This document shows positions 38,621-47,622 of a stretch of 64,000 nucleotides of DNA, in pieces. Source of the DNA: an uncultured Methanosarcinales archaeon (lineage in GTDB: Archaea; Nanobdellota; Nanobdellia; Woesearchaeales; ARS49). Numbering within the stretch: position 1 is the first letter of the stretch; each line of letters starts with the position of its first letter. The notes below the pieces were generated by a model that worked only from the letters and a program-made list of their open reading frames with translations, did not search any database and was not told the origin of the DNA. The stretch covers positions 262,424 to 326,423 of the forward strand of contig CAYGYR010000001.1 of assembly GCA_964354285.1 (NCBI GenBank). The letters are read 5' to 3'. The position numbers were made by a program, and so were the translations under genes.

Positions 38621-39571
38621 TTGAATAAAATGAGAAAAAACCTGTTCGCAATGATTACCTTGCTATTACTGCTGTCTGCATGCACAGGCACTCTGCCTGG
38701 GCAGCAAAGAAAATCGCAACAATTATACGGGCCAGAATACAGGACAGGAAGCGAAGGCCTCAGATTAAGCTTTGTCCAAAACCTTCCACCAGCAAGGCTA
38801 TTTGACACAGAACAATTTACTACAATGATACAAGTAGAAAACCTAGGAGCTTTCACTGTTGGCGGGCCAGGAGACAAGGTATACCTTTCTGGATTTGACC
38901 AAACAATAATCACAGGAATATCGCAGTGGGGCGCAGACATCCCAGTAACTGAAGGAAAAAGCCAATTCGTGCCAACGGGAACTGTTGATACTGTTGAATT
39001 CAAAGGAATGATTGCGCCGCTCAGGGCAAAAAATATAGACAAGTACCCTGCAAAACTGCTTGCGACTGCATGCTATGCATACGAAACAGTTGCTACAGCA
39101 AATGTCTGCATTGACCCAAGCCCGTATGCAACAAACATAAGAAAGATATGCACGCCAGCATCAGTATCTCTCAGCAGCCAGGGCGCGCCTGTTGCAGTTA
39201 ATCTTGTTGAGATAGACTCGAGCCCTGGCAGGGCAAGATTCAAGATACATGTTAAAAATGTTGGAGGGGGAGATGTTTTCAGGTATGGCGCAGACTACCT
39301 TATGAAGTGCAGCCCATTCTCCCAGCCGCTTTCATTCAATGACATAGATTATGTGGAGCTTGCAGACGTTTACGTTTCAGGAACATCAATAAAGCCAACA
39401 TGCAAGCCGCTGGATGACAATCACATTAGGCTGACTGGCGGCAGCGGCTCTGCGTTCTGCGAATTCATGACAAGAGGACAGGATGCATACACCACACCAA
39501 TCACAGTAACACTAAGATACGGATACAGAAATATCCTGTTTAAGGACGTCCAAATCGTTTCATCATACTAA
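38621..39571 (+). CDS. Putative lipoprotein of 316 aa, paralog 2.
   Basis: It has ...LLLLSAC TGT. Shared motifs are ACYAYETVATANVCID and LRYGY. Confidence 0.6.
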   Translation: MNKMRKNLFAMITLLLLLSACTGTLPGQQRKSQQLYGPEYRTGSEGLRLSFVQNLPPARLFDTEQFTTMIQVENLGAFTVGGPGDKVYLSGFDQTIITGISQWGADIPVTEGKSQFVPTGTVDTVEFKGMIAPLRAKNIDKYPAKLLATACYAYETVATANVCIDPSPYATNIRKICTPASVSLSSQGAPVAVNLVEIDSSPGRARFKIHVKNVGGGDVFRYGADYLMKCSPFSQPLSFNDIDYVELADVYVSGTSIKPTCKPLDDNHIRLTGGSGSAFCEFMTRGQDAYTTPITVTLRYGYRNILFKDVQIVSSY

Positions 39572-39588
39572 ACTGAGGTGAATATAAA

Positions 39589-40530
39589 ATGAAAAAAAAC
39601 ATTTTGATTGCAGTGCTGATCTCTCTTGCTTTTGTGCTGGGCTGCACCACTGAAGAGGGCGCAGAAACAGCATCGATGACCTCGCCGTTCCTTGGTGGAG
39701 CAGTGGGCGTTGTTTCTGATTTTGTAGACCTCCGGGCAGAGGTCTATGACAACGGAAGAGACCCTTTTGATATTGTGATAAAGCTTGAAAACCAGGGTGA
39801 ATCAAAGATTGCAAAAGAAGACATAAGGGTAAAGCTATCTGGATTTAATCCTGTAGAGTTCGGAAAAACAGAGCAGGACCTGACAAAAAACCCTGACGAC
39901 AGCCTTACTGAAAAAATGAAAGACTCACAAGGAAATGTCATTCCGAGCGCGCCTGTTTTCGTTGAGTTCAAGGGGCTTAATCACGCGGCAAAAATAACAG
40001 GGGCAAGAATTGACCTCCCAATAAGGGCAGATATCTGCTACATGTACACAACAGAAGCAATAAGCAAACTCTGCATCAGAAGAAACATCCTTAACCCCCC
40101 TGCAGGAGGGATATGCGAGATAACAGAAACCAAGCCTGTGTTTAACTCAGGATCCCCCATACAGTTCATGGATTTCAAAGAAATGTCAAGATCAAAAGAC
40201 AAAATAGGGTTCAGCTTTGAAATCAAAAATGTCGGGACAGGTGACTTGTTTGAGATGGGAAGTGTCTGCGACAGAAGCATGAGAGGATATGAGAACAAGG
40301 TCTATGTGAAAGTCTCAACAAACCTTGACGGCCTCAGCTGCACAGGACTCGAGTCAAAAGGCAGGATAGCAGAAGGATTTGTCTTACTGTTTGACAAGAG
40401 CAAGATAATCACCTGCACGCAAGCAGTCTCAACATCAACTGACTTTGAACAGGTAGTCAGCCTCGAAGGAACATATGACTATGAAGAGTTCAAGCAGGCA
40501 CAGATAACAGTCAAAAGCTCTGGAGAATAG
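39589..40530 (+). CDS. Putative lipoprotein of 313 aa, paralog 3.
   Basis: It has MKKNILIAVLISLAFVLGC. Shared motifs are ICYMYTTEAISKLCI and TYDYEEF. Confidence 0.6.
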   Translation: MKKNILIAVLISLAFVLGCTTEEGAETASMTSPFLGGAVGVVSDFVDLRAEVYDNGRDPFDIVIKLENQGESKIAKEDIRVKLSGFNPVEFGKTEQDLTKNPDDSLTEKMKDSQGNVIPSAPVFVEFKGLNHAAKITGARIDLPIRADICYMYTTEAISKLCIRRNILNPPAGGICEITETKPVFNSGSPIQFMDFKEMSRSKDKIGFSFEIKNVGTGDLFEMGSVCDRSMRGYENKVYVKVSTNLDGLSCTGLESKGRIAEGFVLLFDKSKIITCTQAVSTSTDFEQVVSLEGTYDYEEFKQAQITVKSSGE

Positions 40531-40566
40531 AAAGTATTTTTTTATTTCCTTTTTCTTTTTTAATTA
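40531..40566. terminator. Oligo-T tract between convergent genes, a probable archaeal terminator.
   Basis: The sequence is tatttttttatttcctttttctttttt. Confidence 0.4.
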
Positions 40567-40568
40567 AG

Positions 40569-41528
40569 CTAATTATTTACAGCAGTTATATGCGCAATAA
40601 GAGCCTCTAGCTGCAGGAATTCATCAGAACCCTCAACCATCCTGAACTCTATCTCACCGCACTTGTCAATAAGAGCAACCTTTTTCCTTGAATCAACGCC
40701 GAGGCCCCAAATCTCTTTTTGAATCTGCTTTATGACATCAATTCCTGAAAGGCCATAATTAAGCATGACATCAAGAAGTTTTTTCCTGGCAGAAAGAAAA
40801 TCACCTTTAAGCGCGATTTCAAGAAGCTCCTTTATCTCTTTTGGCTGCGCAAAAGATGCAAGAGAGTAAACAAGCTCTACATCAATGTTCTTTGAGACGG
40901 CTGCACAGCTCTGAAGTATGTTCTCAAGACGCCTGCAGTCTCCCTCTGAGACAACAAAGAGAGCGTCTTTTGCCTCAGGACTTATCTTGATCTTCTCTTC
41001 TTTTGCAATAGAATCAACCATGTCAAAAATGTCCTGCTTTTCAAGAGGCCTGAACTTGAATACAGCACATCTTGACTGTATAGGATCAAGTATCTTTGAA
41101 CTGTAGTTTGCTGCAAGAATAAACCTGCATGTGCTCGTATAATTTTCCATGGTCCTCCTTAATGCCTGCTGCGCCTCTTTTGTTAGCGCATCACACTCAT
41201 CAAGAAAAATTATCTTGAAAGGAACATCGCCCATTGCCTTTGTTCTGGCAAAATCCTTGACTTTTATCCTGACAACATCAATACCGCGCTCATCACTTGC
41301 ATTAAGCTCAAGAAAATTCTGCCTCCAGCTCTCACCAAACAGCTGCCTGGCAATCACCAGCGCAAGAGTGCTCTTTCCAACACCTGCAGGGCCTGCAAAC
41401 AAAAGGTGAGGCAGGTTTTTCTGGGCAACAAAAGCCTGCACCTTAGAAATTATCTCCTTCTGGCCCTTGACCTGCGCAAAAACAGTTGGCCTGTACTTCT
41501 CTGTCCAGATTGAACTTTCACCTAACAT
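40569..41528 (-). CDS. rfcS: Replication factor C small subunit.
   Basis: It has Walker A GPAGVGKST, the DEAD-like FLDECD, the SRC motif and the KYRPTVFAQVKGQ N-terminus. Confidence 0.9.
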   Translation of the reverse strand: MLGESSIWTEKYRPTVFAQVKGQKEIISKVQAFVAQKNLPHLLFAGPAGVGKSTLALVIARQLFGESWRQNFLELNASDERGIDVVRIKVKDFARTKAMGDVPFKIIFLDECDALTKEAQQALRRTMENYTSTCRFILAANYSSKILDPIQSRCAVFKFRPLEKQDIFDMVDSIAKEEKIKISPEAKDALFVVSEGDCRRLENILQSCAAVSKNIDVELVYSLASFAQPKEIKELLEIALKGDFLSARKKLLDVMLNYGLSGIDVIKQIQKEIWGLGVDSRKKVALIDKCGEIEFRMVEGSDEFLQLEALIAHITAVNN

Positions 41529-41575
41529 ACTTCCCCCTACTACTTTGAAAGACCTACACTATAAATAATTTTGGT

Positions 41576-41839
41576 TTAGACTATGTCTTCTTCAGAAATA
41601 ACCATGAAGTCGCCCATAGCAATTACTGCAGAGAACGGAACAAGCAAGTTGCCTTCCTTGTCTTTCTCCAGCTCAAGCTTTTCTGTGTATACAGTAGGGT
41701 TCTTGAGCACAAGATGTATGAGCTCCCCTGATTTCGCTTCAAATATTATGTCTCCCACTTCACCAAAACGCTTTCCTAGCTTGCTGACTACTGTCTTTCC
41801 GATCAGCTTTTTCGAGAATGTTTTTGGGTTTTCAGCCAT
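41576..41839 (-). CDS. PRC-barrel domain protein.
   Basis: The 87-aa protein reads LIGKTVVSKLGKRFGEVGDIIFEAKSGELIHLVL, typical of archaeal PRC-barrel proteins. Confidence 0.6.
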   Translation of the reverse strand: MAENPKTFSKKLIGKTVVSKLGKRFGEVGDIIFEAKSGELIHLVLKNPTVYTEKLELEKDKEGNLLVPFSAVIAMGDFMVISEEDIV

Positions 41840-41919
41840 TGTTTTTTCACCTTAATAATTATACAAAACAAGTAGGTCAAGTCATATTTAAATCTTTCGT
41901 TAAAATGGTATTAGCGCAT

Positions 41920-42762
41920 CTAAGCCTTTGCTTGCGGTATCTTCTGGGCAAGCTCTGGGTTATGACAAACCTCCTTCAAGCTGCAGCTCTTGCACTTATT
42001 CTCATTCTTATTTAAAGGAGGAAGCTTCTCTGACGAAAGCATGGCCCTAACCTCTTTAACAAGCTCCTTTACCTGATCTTTTAAAAAAGGATTAATCTCA
42101 ATGCTTCTTGCCTGGTTATCATCCAGGTATCTTATTATTCCGCTATTTATTGGAACCTTAAAACTATCCTCCAGCAGCAAGGCATATGCTGCAAGCTGAA
42201 TCTTGTGGTCTTCCCAAGCTCCTTCTTTTGGAGCTTTTCCTGTCTTTAGCTCAACTGGAAGAAGCATTGTTGGAAAAACCTGGACCTGGTCTATCTTGCC
42301 AGTAAGGTAAAGATTCTGCGAAGCAATTTTGTATTCTGACTTGAGCTTTGGCGTAAGCGCCTCCCACAAATCTTCACCATAAACCTTGTTTTTCTGTATA
42401 AAAGAGAAAAGATTTGCTGCGCGCACCTCTGCCTCAAGCCTGAAAAGCACAATATACTGCTTGAATGCATCCATTGGAAGAAGACTGACGAGTTTCAGCT
42501 GGTTCTTGCTCTGAATAATAACCATCCTGAGAATCTGGGCATATCTCTTGTTGTACATGTCAAGAATCTGCTCGTAAGCTGAGCTGCTGTCAATAGAGCA
42601 GATTATGCCTTTCTCTGTCTTCTCCATCTCCTCAAAGACACGGTGCTTTATTGCGCCCCTGACAAGAAACTCCTTTGGAATCTCTTCATAACCAAGAACT
42701 TTCTGAAGATAGAGCTTTCTTGCACAATAAAGATAGGCAGTTAATGATGTGACTGAAAGCAT
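41920..42762 (-). CDS. Cas4/RecB-like PD-(D/E)xK nuclease with a 4-Cys Fe-S cluster. It has no CRISPR context.
   Basis: The first cluster ligand is in the N-terminal YCARKLYL. A conserved ELKTGK motif is present. The C-terminal CKSCSLKEVC supplies the remaining Cys. Confidence 0.65.
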   Translation of the reverse strand: MLSVTSLTAYLYCARKLYLQKVLGYEEIPKEFLVRGAIKHRVFEEMEKTEKGIICSIDSSSAYEQILDMYNKRYAQILRMVIIQSKNQLKLVSLLPMDAFKQYIVLFRLEAEVRAANLFSFIQKNKVYGEDLWEALTPKLKSEYKIASQNLYLTGKIDQVQVFPTMLLPVELKTGKAPKEGAWEDHKIQLAAYALLLEDSFKVPINSGIIRYLDDNQARSIEINPFLKDQVKELVKEVRAMLSSEKLPPLNKNENKCKSCSLKEVCHNPELAQKIPQAKA

Positions 42763-42857
42763 AAATTCCTTGTATGATGCTAGATTTATATACCTTACGT
42801 AAATTTGTCCAGTGGAAGGAGAAAGGTTTTTATATTGCAGATTTAAAGGGAATATCT

Positions 42858-43934
42858 ATGGATATCAACAAAAAACTAGAGATTTTCAGGCAGGTTGGTG
42901 AAGAAATAATCTCAGAGGAAGACCTAAAACAACTGCTTGAGACAAAAAAGAACCCTGTTGCTTATGACGGCTTTGAGCCATCTGGAAAGATACACATAGC
43001 ACAAGCTGTTCTCAGGGCAATAAACATAAACAAGGTCACAAGCACAGGAACAAAATTCAAGATGCTTGTCGCTGATTGGCATGCCTGGGCAAACAAGAAG
43101 ATGGGCGGAGACCTTGAGAAAATACAGACTGTCGGCAAATATTTCATAGAGGTATGGAAGGCCTGCGGAATGGACTTAGACAATGTCGAATTTGTCTGGG
43201 TGAGCGACATGGTAAAAGACGAAGCATACTGGAGAAAAGTCATGCAGGTAGCAATAAACTCAACACTTAACAGAATAATAAGGTGCGGCCAGATAATGGG
43301 AAGAAAAGAGGCAGAGGTCCAGCAGGCATCACAGATACTGTACCCCTGCATGCAGTGCGCAGACATATTCCACCTTGGCATTGACATATGCCAGCTCGGA
43401 ATGGACCAGAGAAAAGTCAACATGCTTGCAAGAGAGACGGGCCCTGCGCTGGGATACTGGAAGCCAGTAATTGTAAGCCACCACATGCTCATGGGATTGA
43501 CGGCACCTCCTGCCACAGGATTAACAGGAGCAGAAAGAGGCATTGAGCTGAAGATGTCAAAATCCAAGCCAGAGACAGCAATATTCATGACAGACATAGA
43601 AGAAGATATCAAAAGAAAAATCAGCAAGGCATACTGCCCTGAAAAACAAGTTGCTGAAAATCCTATAATGGAGTACTGCAAATACATCATATTTGAAAGA
43701 TTCCCGACAATAAAAATAGAGCGGCCTGAGAAGTTCGGAGGAAATCTTGAGATTACAGGCTACGATGAGCTTGTGAAAATATACAGCGAAGGGCGGCTTC
43801 ACCCAATGGACCTAAAGACTGCTGTGGCAAAATATGTCAATGAGCTTGTAGAGCCAGTAAGAAAACACTTTGAGAAGAATGCAAAAGCAAAAAAGCTTCT
43901 AGAGCAAGTGCAGAGCTACCAGGTAACAAGATAA
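42858..43934 (+). CDS. tyrS: Tyrosyl-tRNA synthetase, archaeal type.
   Basis: EIISEEDLKQLLETKKNPVAYDGFEPSGKIHIAQ, KMSKS and ERPEKFGGNLEITGYDEL...HPMDLK align with Methanocaldococcus TyrRS as I remember it. I chose the start at the internal MDINKK. Confidence 0.85.
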   Translation: MDINKKLEIFRQVGEEIISEEDLKQLLETKKNPVAYDGFEPSGKIHIAQAVLRAININKVTSTGTKFKMLVADWHAWANKKMGGDLEKIQTVGKYFIEVWKACGMDLDNVEFVWVSDMVKDEAYWRKVMQVAINSTLNRIIRCGQIMGRKEAEVQQASQILYPCMQCADIFHLGIDICQLGMDQRKVNMLARETGPALGYWKPVIVSHHMLMGLTAPPATGLTGAERGIELKMSKSKPETAIFMTDIEEDIKRKISKAYCPEKQVAENPIMEYCKYIIFERFPTIKIERPEKFGGNLEITGYDELVKIYSEGRLHPMDLKTAVAKYVNELVEPVRKHFEKNAKAKKLLEQVQSYQVTR

Positions 43935-43943
43935 AGCTAATAA

Positions 43944-45011
43944 TTAAACCCTGAACTTCCCATTTTTCTGGAACAATTTGCCATCAAGATAAATTGCCCC
44001 ATTCATTCTCAAGTCTTTTACAAGGTCCCAGTGCAGAGCTGACTTGTTCTTTCCGTTGCATTCCTTGTATGCATTTCCTAGAGCAAGATGGATTGTTCCG
44101 CCAATTTTTTCATCAAATAAAGTATTATTAGTGTATTTAGTTATGTTCCTGTTGCAGCCAATGCCAAACTCGCCTATGTATGAAGCACCCTTGTCTGTGC
44201 GAAGCATTGCACGCAGAAACTCATTATTATTTTCCGCGCTTGACTTGACAACTTTGCCTTTCTTGAACTCAAGATATATTCCGCGGACAATGTTGCCATT
44301 CCTGACAGCAGGGTAATCGAAGCAGATATGCCCCTCTGCAGAATATTTGTCAGGAGCTGTAAAAATCTCCCCGCCAGGCATGTTCCGCAAGCCATCACAG
44401 ATGGCGCACTTCCCTTGCTTGATTGTAAATGAAAGGTCTGTATCTGTGCCAACAATTCTCACTTCTTTTGCCTTGTCCATGACTGCGGCAAGTTTTGCCA
44501 GCCTTTCTTTTATTTTGTTCCAGTTCTGGTTAACTGCCGTAAAGACAAAATCCTCATACTCCTGGTAAGACATCCCTGCTTCCTGTGCAAAAGCATTTGT
44601 GGGATAATCAAAAAGAACCCACCTTGTGTTTTCAGAACGCCACCTTGAGATTGGCGCCATTATTTTTGACCTTAAAACAAGCTTGCTTGGATCAATATTC
44701 GCAAATTCCCGCGTATTACAATTTGCAGAGATTGAGATGTAAACATCTGTGCGTTTTATCTCATACATCGCTGTTGCCGGAAAGCGCTTGAGCTGATGGT
44801 CTTTTGCATGCTTAAAAAAAATGTAGTTCGCACCCTGAAGAAGCATCCTGACAACAGGGTGAGCTCCTCTTTGAAGGCACAACTTGTAAACCTCAAGAAC
44901 AAGAGGCTCTGCAGCAGCCTGCGCAGCAATTATAACCCTGTCCCCTCTTTTGACTTTTGTGCTATAATCAACGATAATTTTTGCCGCTTTTTTTATCCTC
45001 TGGTCCATCAT
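43944..45011 (-). CDS. Aminopeptidase, M29/aminopeptidase T-like family.
   Basis: It has overall M29 architecture and a conserved EFGIGCN...HLALG C-terminal metal-binding region. Confidence 0.65.
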   Translation of the reverse strand: MMDQRIKKAAKIIVDYSTKVKRGDRVIIAAQAAAEPLVLEVYKLCLQRGAHPVVRMLLQGANYIFFKHAKDHQLKRFPATAMYEIKRTDVYISISANCNTREFANIDPSKLVLRSKIMAPISRWRSENTRWVLFDYPTNAFAQEAGMSYQEYEDFVFTAVNQNWNKIKERLAKLAAVMDKAKEVRIVGTDTDLSFTIKQGKCAICDGLRNMPGGEIFTAPDKYSAEGHICFDYPAVRNGNIVRGIYLEFKKGKVVKSSAENNNEFLRAMLRTDKGASYIGEFGIGCNRNITKYTNNTLFDEKIGGTIHLALGNAYKECNGKNKSALHWDLVKDLRMNGAIYLDGKLFQKNGKFRV

Positions 45012-45095
45012 GCGTTTCTGAAAAAATAAAAAGTATATAAACTTTTAGTTTTAAAATTTTCTACCATAAGGTTTATAAAGATTTATCATCTAAAC

Positions 45096-46238
45096 ATGCA
45101 CATGACTGACCCGAACATAAAAAAGATGAGCAACATCGTTTATGGCTATGACACTAATGCCAACTGGCTTGAAGAGGAGAATAAGTTCCTGAAAGAAAGC
45201 GTAAGCGCCCTGCAGCTGGAGCTTGAGAAATTCAAGAAAACGCCTCTAATTTCTTGCGAAATAAGGGACTTAATTGAAGGCAAAGCAATAGTCAAGCTTC
45301 CAAACGGCAATGAATTCCTGGTAGACATAGCAGAGAACTGCGAGAAAATAAAGCCAGGAGACACTGTTCTTGCAGAGCAAAAAAACCTCACAATCCTGAG
45401 AAAAATACCCACCTCAAAAAAATTTGACGTGGAAAAATTTGTCATACTTGAAAAGCCGACTGTCAGCTGGGACAAAGTCGGGGGGCTAAAAAAGCAAGAA
45501 GAGGAGATAAAAGAGGTAATAGAGCTCCCGCTAAAAAGCCCAGAGCTTTTCAAAAAAGTGGGAATAGAGCCCCCAAAAGGCATACTTCTCCACGGCCCGC
45601 CAGGAACAGGAAAAACCCTGCTTGCAAAGGCGGTTGCGAGCTCTACAAACTCAACATTTATTGAGGTTGTCGGCTCAGAGCTCGTGCAAAAATTCATAGG
45701 AGAGGGAGCAAAACTTGTGAAAGAGATATTTGACCTTGCAAGGGAAAAAGCACCGTCAATCATATTCATAGACGAACTTGATGCGATAGCTGCAACAAGA
45801 ATTGACATTGGGACAAGCGGCGAGCGAGAGGTGCAGAGAACATTCATGCAGCTGCTCTCTGAAATAGATGGGTTTGCGCCGCTGGGCAATGTAAAAATAG
45901 TCGGGTGCACAAACAGAATAGATATCCTTGACACTGCAATCACAAGGCCCGGAAGGCTTGACAGGCTAATAGAAATTCCATTGCCGAACGTTGAAGCAAG
46001 AAAAGAGATATTCAAGATACACACTGCATCCATGAGCATCGGCAAAACAGATATTGAAAACATAGCAAAAGCAATGGAGTACTTTTCAGGAGCAGAGATA
46101 AAAGCAGTTGCCACAGAGGCAGGCTATTTTGCAATCAGGGAAAAAAGAACAAAAGTGACAGAGGAAGATTTCTACAAAGCAATTGAGAAAGTAAAGGCCA
46201 AAGAAGAAGACCAAGAATACAAGAAGATATTTGGGTAA
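45096..46238 (+). CDS. pan: Proteasome-activating nucleotidase PAN, an AAA+ ATPase.
   Basis: It has an N-terminal coiled coil, an OB domain, Walker A GPPGTGKT, Walker B IIFIDELD and a second region of homology. Confidence 0.9.
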   Translation: MHMTDPNIKKMSNIVYGYDTNANWLEEENKFLKESVSALQLELEKFKKTPLISCEIRDLIEGKAIVKLPNGNEFLVDIAENCEKIKPGDTVLAEQKNLTILRKIPTSKKFDVEKFVILEKPTVSWDKVGGLKKQEEEIKEVIELPLKSPELFKKVGIEPPKGILLHGPPGTGKTLLAKAVASSTNSTFIEVVGSELVQKFIGEGAKLVKEIFDLAREKAPSIIFIDELDAIAATRIDIGTSGEREVQRTFMQLLSEIDGFAPLGNVKIVGCTNRIDILDTAITRPGRLDRLIEIPLPNVEARKEIFKIHTASMSIGKTDIENIAKAMEYFSGAEIKAVATEAGYFAIREKRTKVTEEDFYKAIEKVKAKEEDQEYKKIFG

Positions 46239-46240
46239 AA

Positions 46241-46645
46241 TTATTTCAATTCTTTAAGCACAGCATATAAATCAGTTAATTGCAAGTATCCTATTATTTT
46301 ATTTGCTGATGACCTGAATTCAGGAAATTTTAATCCCTCTTTTATTGCCAGTACATACTGTTTATTTCTTTCAACTGCCCTTTGGGATTCCATTTGCATG
46401 CCTTTGCTTGCATCAGCGGATTTCACAAATGCAAGAAAAATATCACACTCGTCAACTTTTTGAAGACCGTATTCATATTTCTGGTCTATAGAAAAATTAT
46501 TTCTTTTAAAAAAATCAGACAGCCAGAAGGTGCAGACAACCTCCTGTCCTGCTACATGCAGACTGTTGCGAATATTACCAAGTACTGTTTCAAGCTCTTT
46601 CGGATCTTCCCCTGTGAACCTGTATGCCAAAAATATCTTGCTCAT
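46241..46645 (-). CDS. Small protein of 134 aa with a TIR-like / nucleoside 2-deoxyribosyltransferase-like (flavodoxin-fold) signature.
   Basis: N-terminal MSKIFLAYRFTGEDP resembles the TIR beta-A strand motif (VFISYrxxD). A second hydrophobic strand DIFLAFV is followed by conserved acidic residues. Confidence 0.35.
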   Translation of the reverse strand: MSKIFLAYRFTGEDPKELETVLGNIRNSLHVAGQEVVCTFWLSDFFKRNNFSIDQKYEYGLQKVDECDIFLAFVKSADASKGMQMESQRAVERNKQYVLAIKEGLKFPEFRSSANKIIGYLQLTDLYAVLKELK

Positions 46646-46794
46646 AATACATCCAAGAAGCTGATGGTTTAAAAAGATAATTAATTGTGCGCACTCAGCC
46701 TTCCAGTTAATCTCATTGCCGCATTGCTGCGGCTTGATTGGGATTCACCTCGTCATCGTGCTTTGCACTAAAAGTTATTAAGAAATCTTAGTAT

Positions 46795-47622
46795 TTAAAG
46801 CAATCGGAAATCAACGCACACCCTGAAGACATACGGAGCATACTGCCCTGCTTTTGCTACATTGAGGATTTTGCACCTCTTCTTATGCTTCTTGCACTCA
46901 TTCTTTATTTTTTCAACAATATCCTTGAACTCATCCTCTCTTCCAAAACTGTAAAAGTGAATAATCGTTCCTTTTTTTGCTGCCTTGAATGCTGTCTGGA
47001 GAAAAGTCAGGGCTGTTTTTGGCATAGGCATTAAAATCCTGTCAAACTTTTCTTTCAGCTTAGGAACAACTTTTGTCACATTCCCCTTGAATAATATGAT
47101 TTTATGCCCCAGCTTGTTCAAGACAACATTTTTTTCTGCAAACTTATGCGCAACAGGATTAAGCTCAACACCGTAAATAACATCTGCCTTGCTATTTCTT
47201 GCGATGACAAGAGGGTAAGGCGCAACACCAGAGAACATCACCAAGACTTTCTCGCCAGGCTTAATCTGCTGTGCAATCCTAAGGCGCTCTGATCCAAGGC
47301 GCGAGCTGAAATAGCAATTCTCAAGGTCTACTTTCATTACAATCCCTGCCTCTTTGCACTCTGCAATCTTTGTTTTCTCCCCTGCAATAACTGTAAGCTT
47401 TTGCCTCCTGTACTTGCCATAATGTATTCCGCTCTTTTTAACAACAGTTTTTGCCTGCCTGAAAAGCTTTAGAAATTCCTCTGCAATCAATTTTTCTTTT
47501 TTCCTCAATTCATCTGGAATCTCAAGAATTGCAACGCCCCCAATAATATCAAAGCTTGACGGGACTAGCTCAAGCTCTTTTTTTGAAAGCTTTTGTTCAA
47601 GCGCCTGCTTTAGTGTTACCAT
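46795..47622 (-). CDS. trm5: tRNA methyltransferase of the Trm5/TYW2 (Met-10+) family.
   Basis: It has a class I MTase core (VLVMFSGVAPYPLVIA; VIYGVELNP) and a Trm5-like N-terminal domain. Confidence 0.7.
   Translation of the reverse strand: MVTLKQALEQKLSKKELELVPSSFDIIGGVAILEIPDELRKKEKLIAEEFLKLFRQAKTVVKKSGIHYGKYRRQKLTVIAGEKTKIAECKEAGIVMKVDLENCYFSSRLGSERLRIAQQIKPGEKVLVMFSGVAPYPLVIARNSKADVIYGVELNPVAHKFAEKNVVLNKLGHKIILFKGNVTKVVPKLKEKFDRILMPMPKTALTFLQTAFKAAKKGTIIHFYSFGREDEFKDIVEKIKNECKKHKKRCKILNVAKAGQYAPYVFRVCVDFRLL

Noticed and set aside
42962-43690. A 242-aa minus-strand ORF antisense to tyrS.
   Set aside because: It is a shadow ORF opposite a strongly supported TyrRS.
45146-46114. A 322-aa minus-strand ORF antisense to pan.
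   Set aside because: It is a shadow ORF. Its translation is low-complexity and Ser-rich, while the sense strand encodes an unmistakable AAA+ PAN.
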